Below are positions 17,058-24,848 of a DNA stretch of 44,758 nt, piece after piece. The number at the start of each line of letters is the position of its first letter. Positions within the stretch are counted from its first letter, which is position 1. Below the pieces are notes generated by a model, which saw only the letters and a list, made by a program, of their open reading frames with translations, was not told the origin of the DNA and made no database searches. A program made the translations under genes and the position numbers. Origin of the DNA: an uncultured Candidatus Saccharibacteria bacterium (lineage in GTDB: Bacteria > Patescibacteriota > Minisyncoccia > Phycocordibacterales > Phycocordibacteraceae); NCBI GenBank assembly GCA_964455225.1, contig CAYVUT010000002.1, positions 1-44,758 of the forward strand, in the 5' to 3' direction.

Positions 17058-17405
17058 TTAGCCGACCTTCTGTGCGATTCGCGCGAACACCTCGGGGTGT
17101 TCTGCGGCAAACTGTGAGAGTACCTTGCGGTCAAGCTGGATGCCGCCCTTCTTAAGCTTGTTGATGAATGTGGAGTACGACTTGTGGCCGTTCTCGCGGA
17201 CGGCGGCATTCAAGCGGACGATCCAAAGCTGACGGAAATCCGTCTTCTTGTCGCGGCGGTGGTTGAACGCGTACTTGCCGGCATGGAGAAGTGCCTCGTG
17301 TGCAAAACGCTCTTTCGTAGAACGGATGCCACGATAGCCCTTCACGCGCTTCAAGACGTTCTTGCGGCGCTTCTGTGCCATCATTCCTCCTTTGACTCGT
17401 GCCAT
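17058..17405 (-). CDS. rplT: 50S ribosomal protein L20
   Basis: 115 aa with MARVKGGMMAQKRRKNVLKRVKGYRG and RRDKKTDFRQLWIVRLNAA. Confidence 0.96.
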   Translation of the reverse strand: MARVKGGMMAQKRRKNVLKRVKGYRGIRSTKERFAHEALLHAGKYAFNHRRDKKTDFRQLWIVRLNAAVRENGHKSYSTFINKLKKGGIQLDRKVLSQFAAEHPEVFARIAQKVG

Positions 17406-17444
17406 ATAGAAACAATTAGAAGTTTATAGTTTATAGCAAACGCA

Positions 17445-17630
17445 CTAGTTCACCCCAAGAAAACGCTGGCGGAGGTTGCGCGAGAGCGCAGCCGAGACCG
17501 CGCGGCGCTTTGCACGGCGCTGGCCCCCGCTCTGCTTCGCGTTGAAATGGTTCTGGCCCTTTGCGCGCGCCACGATCTTCCCGTTCCGGGTCACGCGGAT
17601 GCGCTTCTTATACGACTTGTTTGTTTTCAT
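17445..17630 (-). CDS. rpmI: 50S ribosomal protein L35
   Basis: 61 aa from ATG 17630 inside ORF 17445..17843. MKTNKSYKKRIRVTRNGKIVARAKGQNHF. Confidence 0.9.
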   Translation of the reverse strand: MKTNKSYKKRIRVTRNGKIVARAKGQNHFNAKQSGGQRRAKRRAVSAALSRNLRQRFLGVN

Positions 17631-18189
17631 GGTTAGGTGAAGTCTTTTGCTCTTTTTCGCGCTTGGCTTGAGCTGCCTGATCCCGCTCGATGACGCCGGC
17701 GAACCCTTTCGGGCTTCTCGCCACTGGCTCAGCGACACGGTACGCGTAGGGAATGCGAAGAAGGAACTTTTCGAGGCGGTCTTTGAGGAACGCCTCTTCC
17801 ATGCCCTTATACCTGCCCTTAAGGAAGAGCTCGGCACGGACACGGTGCCCTTCGGTGAGCCACTCGGCGGCCTTCTTGGCCTTGAGCATCATGTCATGCT
17901 CGCCGGTACCCACCTTTATCTGGACTTCCTTGGTTTCCGAGACCTTGGCTTTGGCTTTGACGGCCTTTTCCTTCTTGCTTCGCTCGTATTCGAATTTACC
18001 ATAATCCGTGATCTTCGCAACCGGTGGCACGGCCAGGGGCGAAATCTCGATGAGGTCGAGCCCAGCGCGCCGCGCAGCCTCCAGAGCCTCTTTGAGCGAG
18101 AGGATGCCGAGGTTTTCACCATCCGCGCCAATGACGCGGAGTTCCCGCGCGCGGATGTCCTGATTCATGCGAAGCTGTTCGGTAGCCAC
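17608..18189 (-). CDS. infC: Translation initiation factor IF-3
   Basis: 193 aa. INQDIRARELRVIGADGENLGILSLKEALEAARRAGLDLIEI...PPVAKITDYGKFEYE. Starts at GTG 18189 (first ATG at 18168). The 3' end overlaps the rpmI start by 23 nt. Confidence 0.93.
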   Translation of the reverse strand: MATEQLRMNQDIRARELRVIGADGENLGILSLKEALEAARRAGLDLIEISPLAVPPVAKITDYGKFEYERSKKEKAVKAKAKVSETKEVQIKVGTGEHDMMLKAKKAAEWLTEGHRVRAELFLKGRYKGMEEAFLKDRLEKFLLRIPYAYRVAEPVARSPKGFAGVIERDQAAQAKREKEQKTSPNHENKQVV

Positions 18190-18236
18190 TGGAAAAGTAG
18201 ATAGAATCTACCACAATTTACACCTTATTAGCAACC

Positions 18237-19148
18237 TTAGTAGGAAAGCTGGTCGGGGTCAGAAAGCACGATTTCAGCGTGGTCGTCATAGAGGACGATC
18301 TTGCCTGTGAGCGTGAGCGTCTTGCCCTCGAGTTTTGTGACATCGCCGAATCGTGGTTTGTCATCGGCGAAGATGACGGCAGAGAAGGGGCACGATTTGT
18401 AGTCAGCGCAGAAGTTTATGAAAGTGGTATCCGTTTTCGATGTGTACACGCGCACCACCTTGCCGCGCACGGAGGCGTACTCACCGACGTGTTCCAGTGC
18501 CTCGGTATAGTCATAGGTGCCACCTGAAACGCCCGCGGCGGCTCCCGCCGCCGCGCTGGTGCCGTCGTATGCGTCAAACAGCCGCAGCAAGATGTCTTCG
18601 TATGCTTGTCGCAATTCCTCATCCGTACCGATCTCGAGGATCTCGTCATTGATGGTCGTTGCGGATTTGGTCCAGTTGTAGCTGCCGAACGCGTACGCAT
18701 CTTCGGTCACGAGCAGCTTGAGGTGCATGATGCCGTTTCCGGTCTCGTGGTTTTCCGTCAGGATAGGGATGCCTGCCGCGACCAGTTTCTCCGTAATCGG
18801 CGCCCCATAGCTATTTCGGCTCTGTTCGCTGTCCATAAGGCCTCGTACGTCGACCCCGCGTTTCTTTGCGGCAATGAGCGCGTCGGCGACGTTATTGAGG
18901 GTGAACGTATAGATGGCGAAGTACGCATACTCATCTGCGCTCGCAATGAGCGAAATGAGTTCCTGATCATTCTGTCTTGCGTCCAGGCTATAGATGATGC
19001 GAGTGGTCCCGGCTTCAGGCGCATTGACCGTGACCCCTGACCGTTCGCTTTGCGGGGCGGCCTGTCCGGTTCCGGTGTGATAGCCGATTCCTGCCGCGGA
19101 AGCGGAGAGGAGGAGCGCTACGAGTGCACGTATGGTTCGCGCCGACAT
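18237..19148 (-). CDS. Secreted or anchored PLD-family (single HKD, Nuc-like) nuclease with a C-terminal OB-fold-like domain
   Basis: 303 aa with an N-terminal hydrophobic signal/anchor. HKD motif HLKLLVTEDAYAFGSYNWTKSA. The C-terminal ~95 aa, GEYASVRGKVVRVYTSKTDTTFINF...LTLTGKIVLYDDHAEIVL, looks like a beta-barrel/OB fold. Confidence 0.75.
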   Translation of the reverse strand: MSARTIRALVALLLSASAAGIGYHTGTGQAAPQSERSGVTVNAPEAGTTRIIYSLDARQNDQELISLIASADEYAYFAIYTFTLNNVADALIAAKKRGVDVRGLMDSEQSRNSYGAPITEKLVAAGIPILTENHETGNGIMHLKLLVTEDAYAFGSYNWTKSATTINDEILEIGTDEELRQAYEDILLRLFDAYDGTSAAAGAAAGVSGGTYDYTEALEHVGEYASVRGKVVRVYTSKTDTTFINFCADYKSCPFSAVIFADDKPRFGDVTKLEGKTLTLTGKIVLYDDHAEIVLSDPDQLSY

Positions 19149-19173
19149 GATTTTCCGAGTGTATCATGGGCAT

Positions 19174-20037
19174 ATGTCCGTACCGGAAAAACGATTTGAA
19201 GAAATTGCTGCCGAGGAGTTTGCAAAAGTCCCAGAGCATTTTTCGAGGCGCATCGAGAACCTTGCGCTTTTGATTGAAGACGAGCCTGACGAGGCGGTAC
19301 GAAAAGAAGAGGGACTGCAGGGCGAGGATACGCTTCTCGGCCTCTACCGCGGCGTGCCGCTTGCGGAGCGTGGAAGCTACTACGGCGAGGGTGGCACGTT
19401 ACCGGACACCATCACGCTCTATCGGCTGCCGCTTCTTGAAGAGGCAGCATTTTTAGAAGAGGAGGGAAGAGCGGACGGAGAGGCTGCGGTCAGGCTCGCG
19501 ATACGAGAGACGCTCTGGCATGAGATAGGCCACTACTTCGGGCTTTCCGAGCACGCCGTGCACGCGCGTGAAGACGAGCGTACGAACTATTTCCGTGACG
19601 AAAGCCGCTATGCACAGCAAGGCACAAAATCGCCCACGACTCCCGCTGCCGGTGATATGCTTCTCACCACGCCCATGAACCAGACGTTCACGCTCCACTT
19701 CGGCATCCTGAACCTCCTTCTCGGTCTTCTCGGTCTCACCGAAAACGCTCTTATTGGCGAGCATGCGCTATTTGTCACGAATGGGCCGCTCGACGCGGTG
19801 CATCTCTTGGCGGGCGCCGCGCTCTTGTATGCTGCGCTCTACGCGAAAGAAAAAGAGGTGCGTTTCCTCAAAGGCGCGGGTGTCGCATATGTGGTGCTCG
19901 CCGTGCTCGGCTTCCTGTTCTCGGGCCCGATATTCTCGCTGTTCATCTCGAATGCGACGGTCGATGGATTTCATTTCCTGCTTGGCGTAGTCATGCTCAT
20001 GGCAGGCATCTCGCATACGAACGAACACCAGTCCTAG
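19174..20037 (+). CDS. Fusion protein: zincin-like metallopeptidase (DUF1025/Zincin_1-like, HExxH) plus a C-terminal DUF4383-like membrane domain
   Basis: ATG 19174 lies inside ORF 19132..20037. LWHEIGHYFGLSE in the N-terminal half. Four hydrophobic helices in the last ~120 aa (FTLHFGILNLLLGLLG...). No stop codon between the halves. Confidence 0.65.
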   Translation: MSVPEKRFEEIAAEEFAKVPEHFSRRIENLALLIEDEPDEAVRKEEGLQGEDTLLGLYRGVPLAERGSYYGEGGTLPDTITLYRLPLLEEAAFLEEEGRADGEAAVRLAIRETLWHEIGHYFGLSEHAVHAREDERTNYFRDESRYAQQGTKSPTTPAAGDMLLTTPMNQTFTLHFGILNLLLGLLGLTENALIGEHALFVTNGPLDAVHLLAGAALLYAALYAKEKEVRFLKGAGVAYVVLAVLGFLFSGPIFSLFISNATVDGFHFLLGVVMLMAGISHTNEHQS

Positions 20038-20054
20038 GACTGGTGTTGCAAGGA

Positions 20055-20234
20055 TTAGTGAGCGGGAATGATGCTGCTTGCTTTTGCGGCGAGTGCTCCT
20101 GCGGCTGCGAAAGCTTGCTGCGCGCTCTGTAAGAAGACCACGATCGTTTTCGCAAGTTCTGCAAAGACGGTCGGCATGAGCGATACGAGGATGAGCAGGA
20201 AGATTCCGAAACCCAAAGCGCGAAAGATTCCCAT
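20055..20234 (-). CDS. Hypothetical small membrane protein, 59 aa
   Basis: ATG 20234 lies inside ORF 20055..20519. MGIFRALGFGIFLLILVSLMPTVFAEL... No clear SD. Confidence 0.35.
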   Translation of the reverse strand: MGIFRALGFGIFLLILVSLMPTVFAELAKTIVVFLQSAQQAFAAAGALAAKASSIIPAH

Positions 20235-20366
20235 AGGTGAAGACACTAGGAATAAATCGGCTCGTAGAGTGCGAGCCAATGAGATTTGGTAATCTCCCAG
20301 GCCCCTTCCCGTATCGCTCGAAGAGCTCCTACTTCCTACAACGCGACACGGTGGTACGATGGTTTC

Positions 20367-20837
20367 ATGGAAAAGGCTACGTTTGCTGCCGGTTGTTTCT
20401 GGGGTGTCGAAGCATCGTTTCTCGCGGTGCCGGGCGTCACCGATGCGATTTCTGGATACACGGGCGGACATGTGGAGCGGCCGACATACGAGCAGGTGTG
20501 CACCGGTACGACGGGTCATGCGGAAGCGGTCGAAGTATCCTTCGATCCATCGAAAGTCTCATTTGAAGCGCTCGTACGGAAATTCTTCGCGCTCCACGAC
20601 CCGACACAAATGAATCGTCAGGGACCTGATGTGGGAGAGCAGTATCGCTCGGTCATTTTCTATCATTCCTCAGAACAGAAAGAGGCAGCGGAGCGCGTCG
20701 CAAAAGAGCTTGCGCCAAAGTATTTTCCTAAGACCATCGCGACCTCAATTGAACCGGCGAAAGAATTCTGGAGGGCGGAAGAATATCACCAGCGCTATGC
20801 CGAGAAACATCCCGGCCGCGTGGTGTGCCACATCTAG
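20367..20837 (+). CDS. msrA: Peptide-methionine (S)-S-oxide reductase
   Basis: ATG 20367 lies inside ORF 20286..20837. ATFAAGCFWGVE...GYTGG...PTYEQVC.G.TGHAE.V.V.FDP. Confidence 0.94.
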   Translation: MEKATFAAGCFWGVEASFLAVPGVTDAISGYTGGHVERPTYEQVCTGTTGHAEAVEVSFDPSKVSFEALVRKFFALHDPTQMNRQGPDVGEQYRSVIFYHSSEQKEAAERVAKELAPKYFPKTIATSIEPAKEFWRAEEYHQRYAEKHPGRVVCHI

Positions 20838-20841
20838 CGCA

Positions 20842-21240
20842 CTACTCTTTTTCCTCGAATGCGAGGCAAACCGAGTTGATACAGTAGCGCTTGCCGCCCT
20901 TGTCAGAGGGGCCATCATCAAAGACGTGTCCCAGGTGTCCGCCGCATTTTTTGCAATACACTTCGGTTCTCTGCATGCCGTGTGAATTGTCAGTGCGGGT
21001 CCCGACATTTTCTGCGACGGCCGGATCGGTGAATGAGGGCCATCCGGTGCCCGAATCGAATTTTTGCTCGGATGTGAAGAGCACGTTCCCGCACGCTTTG
21101 CAGCGGTATACGCCCTTCTCGTGGTTGTCCACGTATTCGCCCGTAAACGGCGCTTCGGTCCCAGCCTCGCGAAGCACATGGTATTCCTCGGGCGTCAGTT
21201 CCTTCTGCCACTCCTCTTCGGTTTTTTCCATGGGTTCCAT
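20842..21240 (-). CDS. msrB: Peptide-methionine (R)-S-oxide reductase
   Basis: Start taken at ATG 21240 (MEPMEK...). YRCKACGNVLF, GWPSF and two CxxC pairs (CKAC, CKKC) ahead of the C-terminal RYCINS. Confidence 0.92.
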   Translation of the reverse strand: MEPMEKTEEEWQKELTPEEYHVLREAGTEAPFTGEYVDNHEKGVYRCKACGNVLFTSEQKFDSGTGWPSFTDPAVAENVGTRTDNSHGMQRTEVYCKKCGGHLGHVFDDGPSDKGGKRYCINSVCLAFEEKE

Positions 21241-21293
21241 AGGAAAAGCATACCATTGCATACCCGCTAAAACGCGCGTACCATACGAGCTAT

Positions 21294-21797
21294 ATGCGAC
21301 GGAAACGTCTTGCAACCGCAGCCATTCTCTTTCTTGCTTTTTTCGGTATCGCGGACTCAGCGTACGTGCTTCAGACCAAGCTCGCGGGCGACGCGCTCAT
21401 CTGCGGTCCAGAGGCATTTTCTGGATGCAATGCGGTTGCAGGCAGTTCCTATTCGCAGCTCCTCGGAGTCCCGGTATCTGCCTACGGCGTCGCTTTCTAC
21501 GCACTTCTCTTTATCGTCGCAGCGCTCGAACTCGTAATCTTCCATCATCGTGCCCGCCGCCTCATCCAGGCGCTCGCGGCAGTCGGGTTTGCGTTTTCTG
21601 CGTACTTCACCGTGCTTCAGCTCTTCGTCATCAATGCGTTCTGCATCTACTGCGTCGCGTCCGCAGTGATAGCGCTCGCGATCTTCTTGGTCGCATTCTT
21701 GCTGGAGCCGCTTCGCCCTCGCCGCTCCCCGCACGCTCCGGTCGTTCCGCCGCGTCCGCCGACGCACCCCTATCTTTCGATGCCTCCCTCGGCATAA
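21294..21797 (+). CDS. Vitamin K epoxide reductase (VKOR) family membrane protein
   Basis: 167 aa, 4-5 TM. A loop Cys pair (ICGPEAFSGC) and a CIYC motif at a TM start. P-rich tail. Confidence 0.8.
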   Translation: MRRKRLATAAILFLAFFGIADSAYVLQTKLAGDALICGPEAFSGCNAVAGSSYSQLLGVPVSAYGVAFYALLFIVAALELVIFHHRARRLIQALAAVGFAFSAYFTVLQLFVINAFCIYCVASAVIALAIFLVAFLLEPLRPRRSPHAPVVPPRPPTHPYLSMPPSA

Positions 21798-21801
21798 GCC
21801 T

Positions 21802-22950
21802 ATGAAACTCGCGCTCTCGCTTGCCGTCATAACGCTCCTGACACCTCTAAGCGCGCTCGCGGCTTCGTATCCCGAGGATAGCTCGTTGTTTCTTGCAGGA
21901 AGGAGCGTGCTGGTCGCCACGTCTTCTGATGCGGTGTATGCCGCGGGGGGCAGCGTGACCGTGACTAGCGCGGTCGAGGGCGATCTCTCGGTTCTTGCAG
22001 GCTCTCTGGTGGTGACCGCCCCAATTAAGGGTGATGCGCTTCTCGCTGGAGGCTCGGTTTCGGTTCGCGGTCCGGTGGAAGGCGATGTGCGCGCCTTCGG
22101 GGGCCACGTCTCTCTCGCGGGCGACGTCGGAGGCGATGTGGTCGTGTTTAGTGCAACTGCAGAGGTGAGCGCACGCGGCGCACAGCACATGCTCATCGGC
22201 GGTGGCAATGTAAGCGTGGTCGGTGGGGCAGAGGGTCCCGTCACGGTGTACGGGAACCACGTATTTCTCGGGGGCACGTTTACAGATGATGTGACGGTCA
22301 TAGCGGGCGGTCGGGTTACTCTTGCCGAAGGCGCCGCGATTCAAGGCAATTTTACCTACGAATCCCCGGAGCGAGCACGTATCGCGCCTTCCGCAGTCAT
22401 ATCCGGCGAGACGCGTTATTCTGGCCCCTCCTATCTTCCGAGCTCCGAACAAACGCACGCGCTCATACTGGCGGGCTTCGGGGTATTTCTCTTCATACGG
22501 TTCCTCGCCGGCATGATTCTGGCAGGCCTTCTCGCTGGTCTTTTCCCCGGCCTTACGCACGCAGTTGCGGCTCGAGCATTTGATGCGTCCATGCGGAGCC
22601 GTCTTCTGACGCTCATGCTCGGCTTTGCGATCATCGTTGCCGTACCCGTGCTGGTATTTTTCCTCGCACTCTCGTTCGTCGGCATGGGTCTCGCGCTCCT
22701 TGGCGCGACACTCTACGTCCTGCTTGGCATTGGCGCATATGCCTATGCGGGCGTCCTGGTCGGCGCCCTCTTCGCGCGCACGCTCTTCAAGCGTTCTGAG
22801 GTGTTCTGGCACGATGGCGCGCTTGGCATGCTGGCCCTTTCTGTCATTGCGCTCGTGCCCGGTATTGGCACGCTCCTCGTCGCGCTCCTCGTCGCATTTG
22901 TGGAGGGAGTGCTCGCGACTCTCCTTTTTCACGCCGCATTCTCTAGGTAG
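21802..22950 (+). CDS. Signal-peptide protein with bactofilin-like beta-helix repeats and a C-terminal polytopic membrane domain
   Basis: 382 aa. An N-terminal signal, ~180 aa of G/V/D-rich repeats (GGSVTVTSAVEGDLSVLAGSLVVTAPIKGDALLAGGSVSVRGPVEGDV...), then ~5 hydrophobic helices. Confidence 0.7.
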   Translation: MKLALSLAVITLLTPLSALAASYPEDSSLFLAGRSVLVATSSDAVYAAGGSVTVTSAVEGDLSVLAGSLVVTAPIKGDALLAGGSVSVRGPVEGDVRAFGGHVSLAGDVGGDVVVFSATAEVSARGAQHMLIGGGNVSVVGGAEGPVTVYGNHVFLGGTFTDDVTVIAGGRVTLAEGAAIQGNFTYESPERARIAPSAVISGETRYSGPSYLPSSEQTHALILAGFGVFLFIRFLAGMILAGLLAGLFPGLTHAVAARAFDASMRSRLLTLMLGFAIIVAVPVLVFFLALSFVGMGLALLGATLYVLLGIGAYAYAGVLVGALFARTLFKRSEVFWHDGALGMLALSVIALVPGIGTLLVALLVAFVEGVLATLLFHAAFSR

Positions 22951-23102
22951 TGTTCACATAACTCCCCCGCAGGAACCCCGTCGTTTTCGGCTTTGAAACT
23001 TCGCTTCGTTCTCAGCGTGCCACCAGCACACTTCGAACTCCAGCTCGTTTCTCGCTCGAAAACGACGGGGTTCCTTTGCGGGTACCACGGTCATGTGAAC
23101 AC
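22950..23102. repeat. 153-bp imperfect inverted repeat (long stem-loop) between the beta-helix gene and bcp
   Basis: Outer arms GTGTTCACAT (22950-59) and ATGTGAACAC (23093-102). Inner arms 22966-22989 and 23057-23082 (CCCGCA + GGAACCCCGTCGTTTTCG, with a 2-nt bulge). A ~67-nt interior holds the small hairpin GTGC-CACCA-GCAC. Confidence 0.8.
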
Positions 23103-23147
23103 CACCTAATCTTCAGATACGTCTTTGCTACACTAGGGAGCATGACC

Positions 23148-23612
23148 ATGCCAGCAATCGGCACAGAAGCCCCTGACTTCACGCTTCCTGACCAGGACGG
23201 GGAAGAGCATACGCTTTCCGCATATCGCGGGAAGTGGGTCCTGCTGTATTTCTATCCGAAGGATGATACGCCCGGATGCACGATCGAAGCATGCACCATC
23301 CGAGACCAATTCAAAGATTTCCAGAAAATAGATGCGGTCGTGCTCGGGGTCTCGGTCGACTCAGTAGCAAGCCACAAAAAATTCGCTGACGCCTATCAAT
23401 TGCCCTTTACGCTCCTTGCAGATGAGCACAAGGAAGTGGTGGGAGAGTACGGCGTGTTCGGCGAGAAGAAGTTCATGGGAAAGACGTACATGGGCACAAG
23501 CCGCACGTCATTCCTCATCGATCCTGCAGGGAAGATCGCGAAAGTGTATGAGAAGGTGAAGCCTGAAGCGCACGCGGCTGAAGTGCTCGCTGATCTTTCC
23601 GCTCTCGCATGA
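23148..23612 (+). CDS. bcp: Peroxiredoxin, Bcp type
   Basis: ATG 23148, with GGGAG 7 nt upstream. GTEAPDFTLPDQDGEEHTLSAYRGKWVLLYFYPKDDTPGCT.EAC. Confidence 0.93.
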   Translation: MPAIGTEAPDFTLPDQDGEEHTLSAYRGKWVLLYFYPKDDTPGCTIEACTIRDQFKDFQKIDAVVLGVSVDSVASHKKFADAYQLPFTLLADEHKEVVGEYGVFGEKKFMGKTYMGTSRTSFLIDPAGKIAKVYEKVKPEAHAAEVLADLSALA

Positions 23613-24277
23613 GTCCCGCAAAGCGTAAGGAGCGTACCTTGCGTGCGAATAAGATCGTTGCGTATCTGAAGAAGACGTACCCCGCGCCTAAAAGCGAGCT
23701 CATTTCAGAAACCCCCATGCAGTTTGTGGCGTCGGTAATCCTCTCTGCGCAGTGCACTGACAAGAGTGTGAATCGTGTCACTGCAACCCTATGGAAGAAG
23801 TACAAGACACCCGCCGATTTCGCGCGCGCCAACCCCGCCACGTTTACCAAAGAGATCTCCTCAATTCCATTCTTCCGCAACAAGGCGAAGGCAATCATCG
23901 GTGCGGCGAAACGCATCGTGGTGGAACACGGGGGAATCATCCCGCAAAGCGAAGCGGCGCTCGTGGCTCTTCCTGGCGTCGGCTACAAGACCGCGCACGT
24001 CATTCTGGGTGAGCTGTATGACAGTTGGGAGGGCATACCGACTGACACGCACGTGAAGCGTTTCGCAAAGCGCTTCGACCTGTCCGATCAGGAAGACCTG
24101 AAGAAAATATCCAAAGATCTCGAGATGCTCATTCCAAAGAAGGATTGGAAATATGTAAATAACGGATTGGTGCTCTATGGCCGCTACGTGTGCCCCGCGC
24201 GCCCGCACGATTGTGTGGCGCACCCGCTCACCAGATTCTACCCGAAGGCTGCCAAGCGCTGGCCAAGGGCGAGATAG
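23609..24277 (+). CDS. nth: Endonuclease III-like HhH-GPD DNA glycosylase with an incomplete Fe-S cluster loop
   Basis: 222 aa. LSAQCTDKSVN...FFRNKAK...LPGVGYKTAHVILGE...TDTHVKR. The C-terminus is C-x6-C-x2-H with no further Cys. Overlaps bcp by 4 nt. Confidence 0.88.
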   Translation: MSPAKRKERTLRANKIVAYLKKTYPAPKSELISETPMQFVASVILSAQCTDKSVNRVTATLWKKYKTPADFARANPATFTKEISSIPFFRNKAKAIIGAAKRIVVEHGGIIPQSEAALVALPGVGYKTAHVILGELYDSWEGIPTDTHVKRFAKRFDLSDQEDLKKISKDLEMLIPKKDWKYVNNGLVLYGRYVCPARPHDCVAHPLTRFYPKAAKRWPRAR

Positions 24278-24282
24278 GTGTT

Positions 24283-24310
24283 TTGTTTCCGGTGGACTTG
24301 GTGATAGTAT
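24283..24310 (+). promoter_or_regulatory. Promoter candidate with an extended -10
   Basis: TTGTTT (24283-88), 16-nt spacer, TGaTAGTAT (24302-10). Lies ~37 nt upstream of GTG 24347. Confidence 0.4.
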
Positions 24311-24346
24311 CCCGCTCGGAGTATCCACCTGAAAGGAGGTAGCACA

Positions 24347-24775
24347 GTGAACATTTCCTATTGGTTTACCAGGTTGTGGCTCTTTATGAGCTACCCATTT
24401 CGTACCACCTATATCGCAAGCGTGTGCGGTCACAAGACGAAACAGATGGGCCCAGTCACCATCGGCAAAGCGGTGATCATCATGAACATTGAGGACATTG
24501 GTCACAAAGGGCCAGGCTATTGTCTCGAGTGCCTAGGCCAAATGTCCATTCGGTGTGTATGGTGCGGCGAATCGATTCTTGTCGGTGAGCCCATTACACT
24601 CTATCGGCAACGCGTGGGTGTCCCAATTCCGACGCACGCGGTGTCGTACATTAAAAATGGGCGTACGGTCTTTGTCGGATGTTTGGACTGGAACTGTGCC
24701 GATTCTGGCGCCGACATATGTGGTTATTGGATGCCTCCTGGCGTAGTGGAGCCTATTCCACCGCCCATCCACTGA
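24347..24775 (+). CDS. Hypothetical Cys-rich protein (CxxC...CxxC zinc-ribbon-like), 142 aa
   Basis: GTG 24347 is preceded by AGGAGG at 7 nt. YCLECLGQMSIRCVWCG and further Cys downstream. No family recognised. Looks less GC-rich than its neighbours. Confidence 0.6.
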   Translation: MNISYWFTRLWLFMSYPFRTTYIASVCGHKTKQMGPVTIGKAVIIMNIEDIGHKGPGYCLECLGQMSIRCVWCGESILVGEPITLYRQRVGVPIPTHAVSYIKNGRTVFVGCLDWNCADSGADICGYWMPPGVVEPIPPPIH

Positions 24776-24793
24776 TTCTGCTCGCGCCTCACC

Positions 24794-24822
24794 AAAAGCC
24801 GCCGAGACTCTCGGCGGTTTTT
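24794..24822 (+). terminator. Hairpin terminator
   Basis: AAAAGCCGCCGAG-ACT-CTCGGCGG followed by TTTTT. Confidence 0.7.
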
Positions 24823-24848
24823 CTATAAAGTTCGATTATGTAAAGGGC

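Noticed and set aside
17422-17436. Tandem GTTTATA GTTTATA in the rpmI-rplT spacer
   Set aside because: It has only two 7-nt units in an AT-rich 39-nt intergenic spacer, which is too short to interpret. It may simply be part of the rplT translation initiation region.
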